A DNA stretch of 64,000 nt from Methylococcaceae bacterium (GTDB lineage Bacteria; Pseudomonadota; Gammaproteobacteria; Methylococcales; Methylomonadaceae). A program made the position numbers and the translations under genes. The DNA lies in contig DAOUTG010000001.1 in the NCBI GenBank assembly GCA_030626845.1, positions 24,974 to 88,973 of the forward strand. The letters are read 5' to 3'. This document shows, one piece after another, positions 8,033 through 17,064 of the stretch. The notes beneath the pieces were generated by a model. It saw only the letters and a program-made list of their open reading frames with translations. It was not told the DNA's origin and searched no databases. The number at the start of each line of letters is the position of its first letter. Within the stretch, counting starts at the first letter, position 1.

Positions 8033-9643
8033 TCAAGAACTGCACGATAACATGGAACATCCTGCACGTGTTTTTGCCCAATCGGGACGTTTTTCAGCAT
8101 AATACGCTTTATCCATCTGCTCATCATAAGGATGTCGAAACAATGCTAACAACGCCTCAACCATTGAAAAATCGCCACTCTCTGCTTTATCTATCGCTAA
8201 TTGAGCCAAATAATTACGGAAAACATACCGAGGATTAATCGCATTCATCCGTAGCCGTCGTTCATTATCAGAAATTTCTGCTTGACGAACGCGCTTAATA
8301 TAAAGCCGTATCCAATTCCCTATCTGTTGTTTAAACTCAGAAGTCAATTTATTCGGTTGATAATAAGCCTCAATAAGAGGTTTTAATAACACCTCATCAC
8401 TAAGCTGTTCCAAATTAGGCTGATCAATATTCAATAAAGCCAAATTACGATAAAAAATAGTCATATCCGTTTCAACTAATTGTAAAACTCGTAATAAATC
8501 ATTAATAAGGCCTTCATCAGTTTTGGGATCATAAATAGCCAAACCCAGTTTATTTATCATCATTTTATTCCATTGCTGCTCAAAGCTATCCGTATAAACT
8601 TTTAAAGCTTGTTGTAATAACTCAACATCTTCTATTAACGGATAAATAGCATTAGCAAGTTGGACTAAATTCCAATAAGCCATTTGTGGCTGATTTCCAA
8701 AACGATAGCGGCTTTCTCCTGCATCTGTCGTGTTAGGTGTCCAATTTGGATTATAGTCATCTAACCATCCATAAGGACCATAATCAATCGTTAACCCTAA
8801 AATAGACATGTTATCTGTATTCATTACCCCATGAACAAAACCTACCCGTTGCCAATGTACAATCATTAAGGCTGTTTTTTGGCACACTTCTGTAAACCAT
8901 GTCAGATAAGTTTGTTTGCAGGGTGATCCTAGATGAGGGAAATCATGACGTATAGTGACATCAACAAATTTTTTTAATAAAGGAATGTTCCCCTGGGTGG
9001 TATAAATTTGAAAACTACCAAAACGGGTAAAAGAGGGGGCAACACGACAGACAATCGCACCTTGCTCTTCTTGTGGACGACCATCATAAAACATATCACG
9101 AACGACACTATCGCCTGTTAAGGCTAAACTTAAAGCGCGCGTCGTTGGCACACCTAGATGATACATGGCTTCACTACATAAATATTCACGAATAGATGAA
9201 CGTAATACTGCCAAACCATCTGCACGGCGTGAGTAAGGCGTAATCCCTGCACCTTTTAATTGCAAAGTATAATGTTCACCCTTATTAGTGAGTAATTCTC
9301 CCAAATTAATCGCACGACCATCGCCTAATTGTCCCGCCCAATTTCCAAATTGATGTCCACCATAACAACAAGCATAAGGCTGCATTCCTTCTAATAATTT
9401 ATTACCTGTAAAAACTTGGGTAAATAATGGGGTTTCGCATTCCTTGACATCTAAACCCAGTAATTGAGCGACTTCTTTAGCATAACTTACCAATTTTGGT
9501 TGATTAGTTTTTTTAGGTAACACATAAGAATAACTTGCCTCTAAAACCGTGCGGCAATAATTTTTAGTTTCTAAATCGGCGGGAAGCTGTTGAATAAAAC
9601 GATTATCAAACTGTAAATTGTTTAAACTATTTTTTAGGTTCAT
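8033..9643 (-). CDS. selO: protein adenylyltransferase SelO/YdiU
   Basis: 'GGHQFGNWAGQLGDGRAI', 'KGAGITPYSR' and 'HGVMNTDNMSILG' are hallmark SelO motifs. C-terminus ends ...SCSS. Confidence 0.9.
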   Translation of the reverse strand: MNLKNSLNNLQFDNRFIQQLPADLETKNYCRTVLEASYSYVLPKKTNQPKLVSYAKEVAQLLGLDVKECETPLFTQVFTGNKLLEGMQPYACCYGGHQFGNWAGQLGDGRAINLGELLTNKGEHYTLQLKGAGITPYSRRADGLAVLRSSIREYLCSEAMYHLGVPTTRALSLALTGDSVVRDMFYDGRPQEEQGAIVCRVAPSFTRFGSFQIYTTQGNIPLLKKFVDVTIRHDFPHLGSPCKQTYLTWFTEVCQKTALMIVHWQRVGFVHGVMNTDNMSILGLTIDYGPYGWLDDYNPNWTPNTTDAGESRYRFGNQPQMAYWNLVQLANAIYPLIEDVELLQQALKVYTDSFEQQWNKMMINKLGLAIYDPKTDEGLINDLLRVLQLVETDMTIFYRNLALLNIDQPNLEQLSDEVLLKPLIEAYYQPNKLTSEFKQQIGNWIRLYIKRVRQAEISDNERRLRMNAINPRYVFRNYLAQLAIDKAESGDFSMVEALLALFRHPYDEQMDKAYYAEKRPDWAKTRAGCSMLSCSS

Positions 9644-9761
9644 AAATATGGCTACTAACTTAAGACGGGAAAAATATAGAAAGAGCCATAAGCCTGTGCT
9701 TTATAACCCTTTGAAATTGTTATATTTCCCCCTCTTAAATTAGCAGATAATATATCCTCAT

Positions 9762-10934
9762 TCATAAATCGGCAGCCTGTTGGGCTATTTCTAATTCTTC
9801 GTTAGTTTTAATCACACAAATAGCCGTTTTCTGGTGTTTTTGATGAATGAAACTTGCTTTACCCTTTACAGCGTAATTCTTTTTAGAATGAATTTCTAAG
9901 CCTAAATTGACTAAATTAGCACAACAACTTGCACGCAATTTAGCATCATTTTCACCCACCCCCCCTGTAAAAATTAATGCGTCTACTTGTCCTAAAACAG
10001 CATAATACGCCCCTATATATTTTTTAATCCGATAACAATACATAGTAAAAGCAAGCTGTGCATTTTTATCACCGCTATCCATTAATTGATGGATTTCTCG
10101 CATATCGTTAGTCCCTGCTATTGCTTTTAAGCCACTGTCTTGATTAAGGACGTTATTAATGTCACTAAATGATAATTGGAGTTGTTTATTCAAATAAGGG
10201 TAAATTGAGCTGTCTACATCACCACAACGAGTCCCCATCATTAACCCTTCTTGAGGAGTAAAACCCATTGAGGTATCAATACTTTTACCTTGCTGTATCG
10301 CACAAGCACTTGCACCATTGCCTAGATGTAAACTAATCAGATTGAGGTTTTTTAATGGCCTTTTCAATAGTTTTTCCGCTTGTTTGGCAACATAAGCATG
10401 AGAAGTTCCATGAAAACCATAACGGCGAATACCTTGTTGCTCCCAATGCTTAGAAATGGGATAACGTACCGCATGTTCTGGTAAGCTATGATGAAATGCA
10501 GTATCAAAAACAGCGATTTGTTTTAGCGTAGGCGCGAGTTTTAATGCGGTTTCTATCCCTAAAATATTAGCAGGATTATGTAATGGGGCGAGGGGAATTA
10601 GTTGTTTAAGTTGTTGGATGATGTTTGCATTAATAATGACAGCCTGTTGAAATTTATCACCACCATGAACGACACGATGTGCTATGAGATTTATTTCATC
10701 TAAACTAATATGATGATCATTTAAAATTTTAAGAATACGATTTAACGCTTGTTTATGGTTTTTTAAGATCAATACTTGTTCAACTTTACGATGATTTTTA
10801 AATTGATAATAATCTGATCCCTTTGTTTCACCAATTTTTTCGATTCCCCCCCTCAGTAAACATTTTTTAGCGGGAAATTTAAACAAGGCATATTTAAGCG
10901 AAGAACTACCCGCATTGATAACGAGGATTTTCAT
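9762..10934 (-). CDS. ackA: acetate kinase
   Basis: 'MKILVINAGSSSLKY' N-terminus, 'HRVVHGG' and 'GFHGTSH'. ATG at 10934 chosen over the TTG at 10943. Confidence 0.9.
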   Translation of the reverse strand: MKILVINAGSSSLKYALFKFPAKKCLLRGGIEKIGETKGSDYYQFKNHRKVEQVLILKNHKQALNRILKILNDHHISLDEINLIAHRVVHGGDKFQQAVIINANIIQQLKQLIPLAPLHNPANILGIETALKLAPTLKQIAVFDTAFHHSLPEHAVRYPISKHWEQQGIRRYGFHGTSHAYVAKQAEKLLKRPLKNLNLISLHLGNGASACAIQQGKSIDTSMGFTPQEGLMMGTRCGDVDSSIYPYLNKQLQLSFSDINNVLNQDSGLKAIAGTNDMREIHQLMDSGDKNAQLAFTMYCYRIKKYIGAYYAVLGQVDALIFTGGVGENDAKLRASCCANLVNLGLEIHSKKNYAVKGKASFIHQKHQKTAICVIKTNEELEIAQQAADL

Positions 10935-11015
10935 AATAGCCAATATATTAAGTTAAAAAACAAAAGATAAAGACACAAATAAATTGCATCTTTACCTAAT
11001 TTAAACTAGGAATAA

Positions 11016-13400
11016 TTATTTGTCATCATTCCATTTCCAGTCACGAATTTCTGGCATATCTTCACCATATTGACGAACATAACGTTTATGATCAACTAAT
11101 TTATCACGCATTAATTGTTTTACATACGCGGCACGTTGGCGTAGTTTCGGTACACGATCAACGACATCAGTGACTAAATGAAAGCGGTCTAAATCATTCA
11201 TGACGACCATATCAAATGGCGTTGAGGTTGTGCCTTCTTCTTTATAACCTCGTGCATGAATATTATGATGGTTATGACGACGATAAGTTAAACGATGAAT
11301 TAACCAAGGATAGCCATGATAGGCAAAAATAACAGGTTTATCCATAGTAAAAATATCATTAAAATGACGGTCTGGTAAACCATGTGGATGCTCTTCTTGT
11401 GGCGTTAGCGTCATTAAATCAACGACATTAACCACTCGCACTTTTAATTCGGGTAACAACACTTTTAATATTTTAACGGCTGCCAGTGTCTCCAATGTGG
11501 GTACATCCCCTGCACATGCCATCACTACATCAGGTTCACCATCATCTAAATCACTGCTTGCCCATTCCCAAATACCCAGTCCGCTAGAACAATGTTTAAT
11601 GGCCGAATCCATATCTAGCCATTGTTCTGCTGGCTGTTTTCCTGCAACAATCACATTAATATAATTACGGCTTCGTAGACAATGATCAGTGACAGATAAG
11701 AGTGTGTTAGCATCAGCTGGTAAATAAACGCGAATAACTTCGGATTTTTTATTCACGACATGGTCAATAAAACCAGGGTCTTGATGTGAGAAACCGTTAT
11801 GGTCTTGTCGCCAAACATGCGAGCTTAATAAATAATTTAAAGAGGCAACGGGTCTACGCCATTCAATGTCTTGACTCGTTGTTTTCAGCCATTTTGCATG
11901 TTGGTTAAACATGGAGTCAATGATATGAATAAATGCTTCGTAGCAATTAAAAAAACCATGCCGCCCTGTTAATAAATAGCCTTCTAGCCAACCTTGGCAA
12001 GTATGCTCAGATAAAATCTCCATCACTCGACCATCCGTTGCAAGATTATCATCTTCGGGAATAGTGGCATCCATCCAACGTCGACCTGTTTGCTCAAAAG
12101 CAGCACTCCAACGATTCGATGCTGTTTCATCAGGCCCAAATAAACGAAAATTCTTTTTATCGTCATTAAGCTTTAAAACATCACGTAAAAACTCTCCTTG
12201 TATTCGTGTCGCTTCTGCAATAGTCGCTCCTGGTTCTGGAACGTCCACGGCATAATTTGCAAAGTCTGGCAGTTTTAATTTATTTAATAATAACCCCCCA
12301 TTAGTATGAGGATTCGCACTCATACGACTTAAACCTTTAGGTGCAAGGGCTGCTAATTCGGCAATTAACGTTCCATTTTCATCGAATAATTCTTCGGCTT
12401 TATAACTTTTTAACCAAGATTCTAACAAGGTTAAATGCTCTGGTGTCTCACGCACCGCTGAAAAAGGCACTTGATGCGAACGCCAAAAATCTTCTGTTTT
12501 TAAGCCATTCACTTTTTTAGGTCCTGTCCAACCTTTAGGCGATCGTAAAATAATCACTGGCCATTGTGGACGTTTTGCAATACCTGATTCACGTGCTTTT
12601 TGTTGAAAAGCTTTAATCTCTTCAATGGCAATATCAAGTGTAGCCGCCATTTTTTGATGCATTAGCTCAGGGTCGGACCCTTCAACAAAATAAGGTTTAT
12701 AGCCGTAACCAATAAAAAGAGATGCCAGTTCTTCTTTTGGTATTCTTGCTAATAAAGTCGGATTGGCGATTTTATAGCCATTCAAATGTAGGATAGGTAA
12801 AACCGCACCATCTGAAATGGGGTTAATAAATTTATTAGAATGCCAAGAGGTTGCTAAAGGACCTGTTTCAGCTTCCCCGTCACCGACTACGCAACAGCTA
12901 ATTAACTCAGGATTATCAAACACCGCGCCATAAGCATGAGATAGGGCGTAACCTAATTCGCCACCCTCATGAATTGACCCTGGCGTTTCTGGAGCAACAT
13001 GACTTGGAATACCGCCTGGAAAACTAAACTGTTTAAATAGACGTTGCATTCCATTCACGTCTTGCGAAACATCAGGATAATATTCGCTATAAGTGCCTTC
13101 TAACCATGTATTTGCAACGACACCTGGTCCACCATGTCCAGGTCCTGCAATATAAATTGAATTTAAATCATATTTTTTAATCACACGATTCATGTGTGCG
13201 TAAATAAAGTTCAATCCAGGTGTTGTCCCCCAATGCCCTAATAAACGGGGTTTTACATGTTCCATTTTTAATGGCTCACGTAATAAAGGGTTATTTAATA
13301 AATAAATTTGTCCTACCGATAAATAATTGGCAGCTCGCCAATAAGCATTTATTTTTTTTAACTCATCTGCGGTTAAAGCTAGATTATCAATACTTGTCAT
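11016..13400 (-). CDS. xfp: xylulose-5-P/fructose-6-P phosphoketolase
   Basis: Phosphoketolase signature '[15 protein letters not shown]' and TPP-binding 'GDGEAETG'. Length of 794 aa is typical. Confidence 0.9.
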   Translation of the reverse strand: MTSIDNLALTADELKKINAYWRAANYLSVGQIYLLNNPLLREPLKMEHVKPRLLGHWGTTPGLNFIYAHMNRVIKKYDLNSIYIAGPGHGGPGVVANTWLEGTYSEYYPDVSQDVNGMQRLFKQFSFPGGIPSHVAPETPGSIHEGGELGYALSHAYGAVFDNPELISCCVVGDGEAETGPLATSWHSNKFINPISDGAVLPILHLNGYKIANPTLLARIPKEELASLFIGYGYKPYFVEGSDPELMHQKMAATLDIAIEEIKAFQQKARESGIAKRPQWPVIILRSPKGWTGPKKVNGLKTEDFWRSHQVPFSAVRETPEHLTLLESWLKSYKAEELFDENGTLIAELAALAPKGLSRMSANPHTNGGLLLNKLKLPDFANYAVDVPEPGATIAEATRIQGEFLRDVLKLNDDKKNFRLFGPDETASNRWSAAFEQTGRRWMDATIPEDDNLATDGRVMEILSEHTCQGWLEGYLLTGRHGFFNCYEAFIHIIDSMFNQHAKWLKTTSQDIEWRRPVASLNYLLSSHVWRQDHNGFSHQDPGFIDHVVNKKSEVIRVYLPADANTLLSVTDHCLRSRNYINVIVAGKQPAEQWLDMDSAIKHCSSGLGIWEWASSDLDDGEPDVVMACAGDVPTLETLAAVKILKVLLPELKVRVVNVVDLMTLTPQEEHPHGLPDRHFNDIFTMDKPVIFAYHGYPWLIHRLTYRRHNHHNIHARGYKEEGTTSTPFDMVVMNDLDRFHLVTDVVDRVPKLRQRAAYVKQLMRDKLVDHKRYVRQYGEDMPEIRDWKWNDDK

Positions 13401-13434
13401 ATAGTGAATTCCTTATTAAAGGGTTAATATTGAC

Positions 13435-13462
13435 AAAAAAGGGAGCATAAGCTCCCTTTTTT
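13435..13462. terminator. bidirectional intrinsic terminator (downstream of rplT)
   Basis: A6-GGGAGC-ATAA-GCTCCC-T6: perfect 6-bp GC-rich stem flanked by A and T runs, 25 nt after the rplT stop. Confidence 0.6.
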
Positions 13463-13486
13463 ATTCAAACTAATCTTAAAAATATT

Positions 13487-13849
13487 TTAAGGCTGACTTT
13501 GATTTGCTTTTGCAATTTCAGCAATCGTTGCAAACGCTTCAATATCGCGTACCGCAATATCTGCTAAAACTTTACGATCAATAGCAACATTTGCCTTACT
13601 TAAGCCATTAATCAACCGACTGTAAGAAAGACCACACAAACGAGATGCCGCATTAATTCGTACAATCCATAAAGCACGAAATTGACGTTTTCTTTGTTTA
13701 CGGTCACGGTAAGCATATTGTCCCGCTTTAATAACCGCTTGTTTAGCAACACGATAGACGCGACTACGCGCACCATAATAACCTTTCGCTTGCTTTAAAA
13801 TTTTTTTATGTCTTGCTCTGGCGGTTACACCACGTTTTACTCTAGCCAT
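13487..13849 (-). CDS. rplT: 50S ribosomal protein L20
   Basis: '[30 protein letters not shown]' is near-identical to the enterobacterial L20 N-terminus. Confidence 0.95.
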   Translation of the reverse strand: MARVKRGVTARARHKKILKQAKGYYGARSRVYRVAKQAVIKAGQYAYRDRKQRKRQFRALWIVRINAASRLCGLSYSRLINGLSKANVAIDRKVLADIAVRDIEAFATIAEIAKANQSQP

Positions 13850-13866
13850 ACTGTTCTCCTAATTAA

Positions 13867-14064
13867 TTAGCTGTAAGGTAACATTCGCGCAATCATTGGC
13901 GCATCATTAGCGTGAACAGTAGCAGGTCCACGTAACTGTCTTTTACGCTTGGTACTTTTTTTAGTTAAAATGTGACGGCGATGTGATTGCCCACATTTGA
14001 AATTGCCTTTACCGTTTTTCTTAAAACGCTTGGCAGCACCACTATGGCTTTTCATTTTTGGCAT
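13867..14064 (-). CDS. rpmI: 50S ribosomal protein L35
   Basis: '[16 protein letters not shown]...' 65-aa basic protein, in the conserved infC-rpmI-rplT order. Confidence 0.95.
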   Translation of the reverse strand: MPKMKSHSGAAKRFKKNGKGNFKCGQSHRRHILTKKSTKRKRQLRGPATVHANDAPMIARMLPYS

Positions 14065-14226
14065 TTGTTTTCCTCGTTGTAAATTGAAAACATCCTTGAT
14101 ACATAAAGATTTATTAAGGCAAAATGCGTGGCTCTTAATGAATCTATTAATTGCCTTTTCCTAAAGGCACTAAACAACAAAACCCAACATGATTAAAAAA
14201 TCATCTTAGGTCTTGTAATATATTAC

Positions 14227-14751
14227 TTATTTTTTCTTTCTCGCAGCCATCACCATCACCATTTGTCGACCTTCCATTTTAGGAAACTGTTCAACAACAG
14301 CTAATTCTTTTAGATCCGCTTCAACACGTTTAAGTAATTCCATACCAATCTCTCTATGCGCCATTTCTCGTCCCCGAAAACGCACGGTGATTTTAGTTTT
14401 GTTACCTTCTAATAAGAACTTGGTTAAATTTCTCAATTTAACTTGGTAATCACCTTCATCAGTTCCTGGTCTAAATTTAATTTCTTTGACCTGAATCTGT
14501 TTTTGTTTCTTTTTGGCAGCTTGTAGTTTTTTATTTTGCTCAAATACAAATTTACCATGATCCATTATTTTACAAACAGGCGGATCTGCATTGGGTGATA
14601 TTTCAACCAAATCCATATTTGCTTCATAAGCCCTTTGTTTGGCATCCGCTAAGGGTACAATGCCTGCCTGTTCACCTTCTACACCAATTAACCTTACCCG
14701 TCTTGCAGTAATAGTATTGTTCATCCGTGTAGTTTCTTTTTTAGAAGCGAT
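14227..14751 (-). CDS. infC: translation initiation factor IF-3, probable non-canonical ATC start
   Basis: '[14 protein letters not shown]...[12 protein letters not shown]...[14 protein letters not shown]' matches IF-3. Upstream of ATG 14724 the frame stays open for 9 codons back to ATC 14751, which has GGAGG (14764-14760) 8 nt upstream. Confidence 0.85.
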   Translation of the reverse strand: MASKKETTRMNNTITARRVRLIGVEGEQAGIVPLADAKQRAYEANMDLVEISPNADPPVCKIMDHGKFVFEQNKKLQAAKKKQKQIQVKEIKFRPGTDEGDYQVKLRNLTKFLLEGNKTKITVRFRGREMAHREIGMELLKRVEADLKELAVVEQFPKMEGRQMVMVMAARKKK

Positions 14752-14774
14752 ACGCTAATCCTCCGAAATAATTA

Positions 14775-16682
14775 TCATTGCCTACTTTCAATTTGCTGTT
14801 TTAATTTTAAAACTAGCTCATCAATTGAGAAGCTGCCTAAATTGTCACCTTTTTGTGAACGCAACGTGATGGTGTTATTTTCTAGTTCTTTGTCACCAAT
14901 AATTCCCAAATAGGGAATCCGTTGCATTGAATGCTCACGAATTTTAAAGCCTATCTTCTCATTTCTCAAGTCTATTTTTATTCTAACGCCTTGTTTTTTC
15001 AATTCAGTATAGATTTTTTCTACATATTCCTGATGTCGCGAGGCAATATTTAGAATCACTATTTGTACAGGAGATAACCACAAAGGAAAAAATCCTGCAT
15101 GCTCTTCAATTAGAATTCCAATAAAACGTTCTAATGAACCTAAGATAGCACGATGTAACATTACAGGGGTTTTACGATGACTTTTTTCATCAATGTAGGT
15201 TGCATCTAATCGTTCTGGCATTGAAAAATCAACTTGAATTGTGCCACATTGCCAAACACGTCCAAGGCAATCTTTTAGTGAAAATTCTATTTTAGGTCCA
15301 TAAAAAGCACCTTCACCAGGTTGTAAATCCCAATCTAAATTTTTGTTATTTAGTGCCAATTCTAAGGCATTTTCTGCTTTATCCCAAACACTATCATCTC
15401 CTACCCTATTTTCTGGGCGGGTTGATAATTTAATAATGATATTATCAAAACCAAAGTCGGTATAAACTTCAAATAATAAATCAATAAAAGTGGAAACTTC
15501 TTGTTGAATTTGATCTTCGGTACAAAAAATATGAGCATCATCTTGTACAAAATTACGCACCCGCATCAAACCATGTAACGTTCCTGAGGGTTCATTACGA
15601 TGACATGAACCAAACTCTGCGAGTCGAATCGGTAAATCACGATAACTTTTTAAACCTTGGTTGTAAACTTGAACATGACAAGGACAGTTCATCGGTTTAA
15701 TAGCATAATCACGATGTTCAGAATGGGTGGTGAAAATCATCTCGCCAAATTTATCCCAATGCCCTGATTTTTCCCATAAAACACGATCAACTACTTGGGG
15801 AGTTTTTATTTCACCATAACCATTAACACGCAATTTTTCACGAATATATTGCTCAACTTGTTGATAAATAAACCAACCTTTTTCATGCCAAAAGACCATT
15901 CCAGGGGCTTCTTCTTGGGTATGAAATAAGTCTAAGCTTTTACCTAGTTTTCGGTGGTCACGCTTTTCAGCTTCTTCTAAACGATGCAAATAGTCTTTTA
16001 AATCTTTTTTATTTGCCCAAGCAGTACCATAAATTCGCTGTAGCATTTCATTGTCAGAATTACCCCGCCAATAAGCCCCTGCAATTTTCATTAGTTTGAA
16101 AACTTTTAGTTTACCTGTGCTTGGAACGTGAGGACCTCGACATAAATCGGTAAAACTACCTTGTTGGTATAAAGAAAGATTTTCATCGGCGGGAATAGAG
16201 GCAATAATTTCCGCTTTATAATCTTCCCCTTGATCTTTAAAAAATTTAACCGCTTCATCACGTGAGAGCAATGAACGTGAAATTTCAATGTTTTCAGCCA
16301 CGAGTTGCTGCATCTTTTTTTCAATATTTTTTAAATCATCTGGGGTAAAATGACGTTCGTAGGAAAAATCATAGAAAAAGCCATTTTCAATGACAGGACC
16401 TATGGTAACCTGTGCTTTTGGAAATAATTGTTTAACTGCTTGTGCGAGTAAATGCGCGCTAGAATGACGGATAACTTCAAGTCCCTCATTATCTTTTGCG
16501 GTAATAATTTGTAAGGTTGCATTCGCATCAATTAAGGTACTGGCATCTACTAATTCATTATTAACGCATCCTGCTAAAGTAGCTTTGGCAAGACCTGAGC
16601 CAATAGATTGAGCGACCTCCATGACAGAAATCGCTTGTTCATATTCGCGTTGAGAACCATCGGGCAGCGTAATTACAGGCAT
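14775..16682 (-). CDS. thrS: threonine--tRNA ligase
   Basis: '[28 protein letters not shown]' is almost identical to the E. coli ThrRS N-terminus. Class II motifs are present. Confidence 0.95.
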   Translation of the reverse strand: MPVITLPDGSQREYEQAISVMEVAQSIGSGLAKATLAGCVNNELVDASTLIDANATLQIITAKDNEGLEVIRHSSAHLLAQAVKQLFPKAQVTIGPVIENGFFYDFSYERHFTPDDLKNIEKKMQQLVAENIEISRSLLSRDEAVKFFKDQGEDYKAEIIASIPADENLSLYQQGSFTDLCRGPHVPSTGKLKVFKLMKIAGAYWRGNSDNEMLQRIYGTAWANKKDLKDYLHRLEEAEKRDHRKLGKSLDLFHTQEEAPGMVFWHEKGWFIYQQVEQYIREKLRVNGYGEIKTPQVVDRVLWEKSGHWDKFGEMIFTTHSEHRDYAIKPMNCPCHVQVYNQGLKSYRDLPIRLAEFGSCHRNEPSGTLHGLMRVRNFVQDDAHIFCTEDQIQQEVSTFIDLLFEVYTDFGFDNIIIKLSTRPENRVGDDSVWDKAENALELALNNKNLDWDLQPGEGAFYGPKIEFSLKDCLGRVWQCGTIQVDFSMPERLDATYIDEKSHRKTPVMLHRAILGSLERFIGILIEEHAGFFPLWLSPVQIVILNIASRHQEYVEKIYTELKKQGVRIKIDLRNEKIGFKIREHSMQRIPYLGIIGDKELENNTITLRSQKGDNLGSFSIDELVLKLKQQIESRQ

Positions 16683-16706
16683 GTTATTTTTTTAAGCTTA
16701 ATACAA

Positions 16707-16734
16707 TAAAAAAAGCACCGCTAGAGCAGTGCTT
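16707..16734 (-). terminator. intrinsic terminator between tRNA-Val and thrS
   Basis: Minus strand reads AAGCAC-(internal GC pairs)-GTGCTT followed by T7, starting 8 nt after the tRNA CCA end. Confidence 0.5.
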
Positions 16735-16741
16735 AAATGTT

Positions 16742-16818
16742 TGGTAGGCACGAGTGGATTCGAACCACCGACCCCCACCATGTCAAGGTGGTACTCTAAC
16801 CAACTGAGCTACGCGCCT
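16742..16818 (-). tRNA. tRNA-Val (anticodon GAC)
   Basis: Minus strand AGGCGCGTAGCTCAGTTGGTTAGAGTACCACCTTGACATGGTGGGGGTCGGTGGTTCGAATCCACTCGTGCCTACCA. 7-bp acceptor stem, anticodon loop TTGACAT, TPsiC GGTTCGAAT, encoded CCA. Closely resembles E. coli tRNA-Val(GAC). Confidence 0.9.
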
Positions 16819-16859
16819 TCAATTGCCAATGTTTGAAATTTGGATCAAATGATTAGGTC

Positions 16860-16889
16860 ATTATAACAGCTTAACTTTTGAATTAGCAA
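16860..16889 (-). promoter_or_regulatory. sigma70-type promoter upstream of tRNA-Val
   Basis: Minus strand TTGCTA (16889-16884), 18-nt spacer, TATAAT (16865-16860), about 40 nt upstream of the mature tRNA 5' end. Confidence 0.45.
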
Positions 16890-17018
16890 TGAGTTATTTT
16901 ACTAATTTTTTTATCAGTCATTATGCAGATAAATTATGTTGATATTTCACACTTCTTATTCACCTGTAGGCAAACTGCTGTTGCCTCTGAAAAAGAAAAA
17001 AGGTATTACTTAACAAAT

Positions 17019-17041
17019 GAAATGTTATAATATTACATATC
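17019..17041 (+). promoter_or_regulatory. Zur box (zinc uptake regulator operator) overlapping a -10 element
   Basis: GAAATGTTATAATATTACATATC matches 21 of 23 positions of the gammaproteobacterial Zur consensus GAAATGTTATAWTATAACATTTC. It lies 24 nt upstream of the receptor ATG and contains TATAAT. Confidence 0.6.
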
Positions 17042-17064
17042 TATTTCTTCCTGCTTAAAAAACT

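Noticed and set aside
14065-14226. 162-nt infC-rpmI spacer as an L20-binding translational operator.
   Set aside because: This is plausible by analogy with E. coli, but I could not identify the pseudoknot or pairing elements by eye, so I do not report it as a feature.
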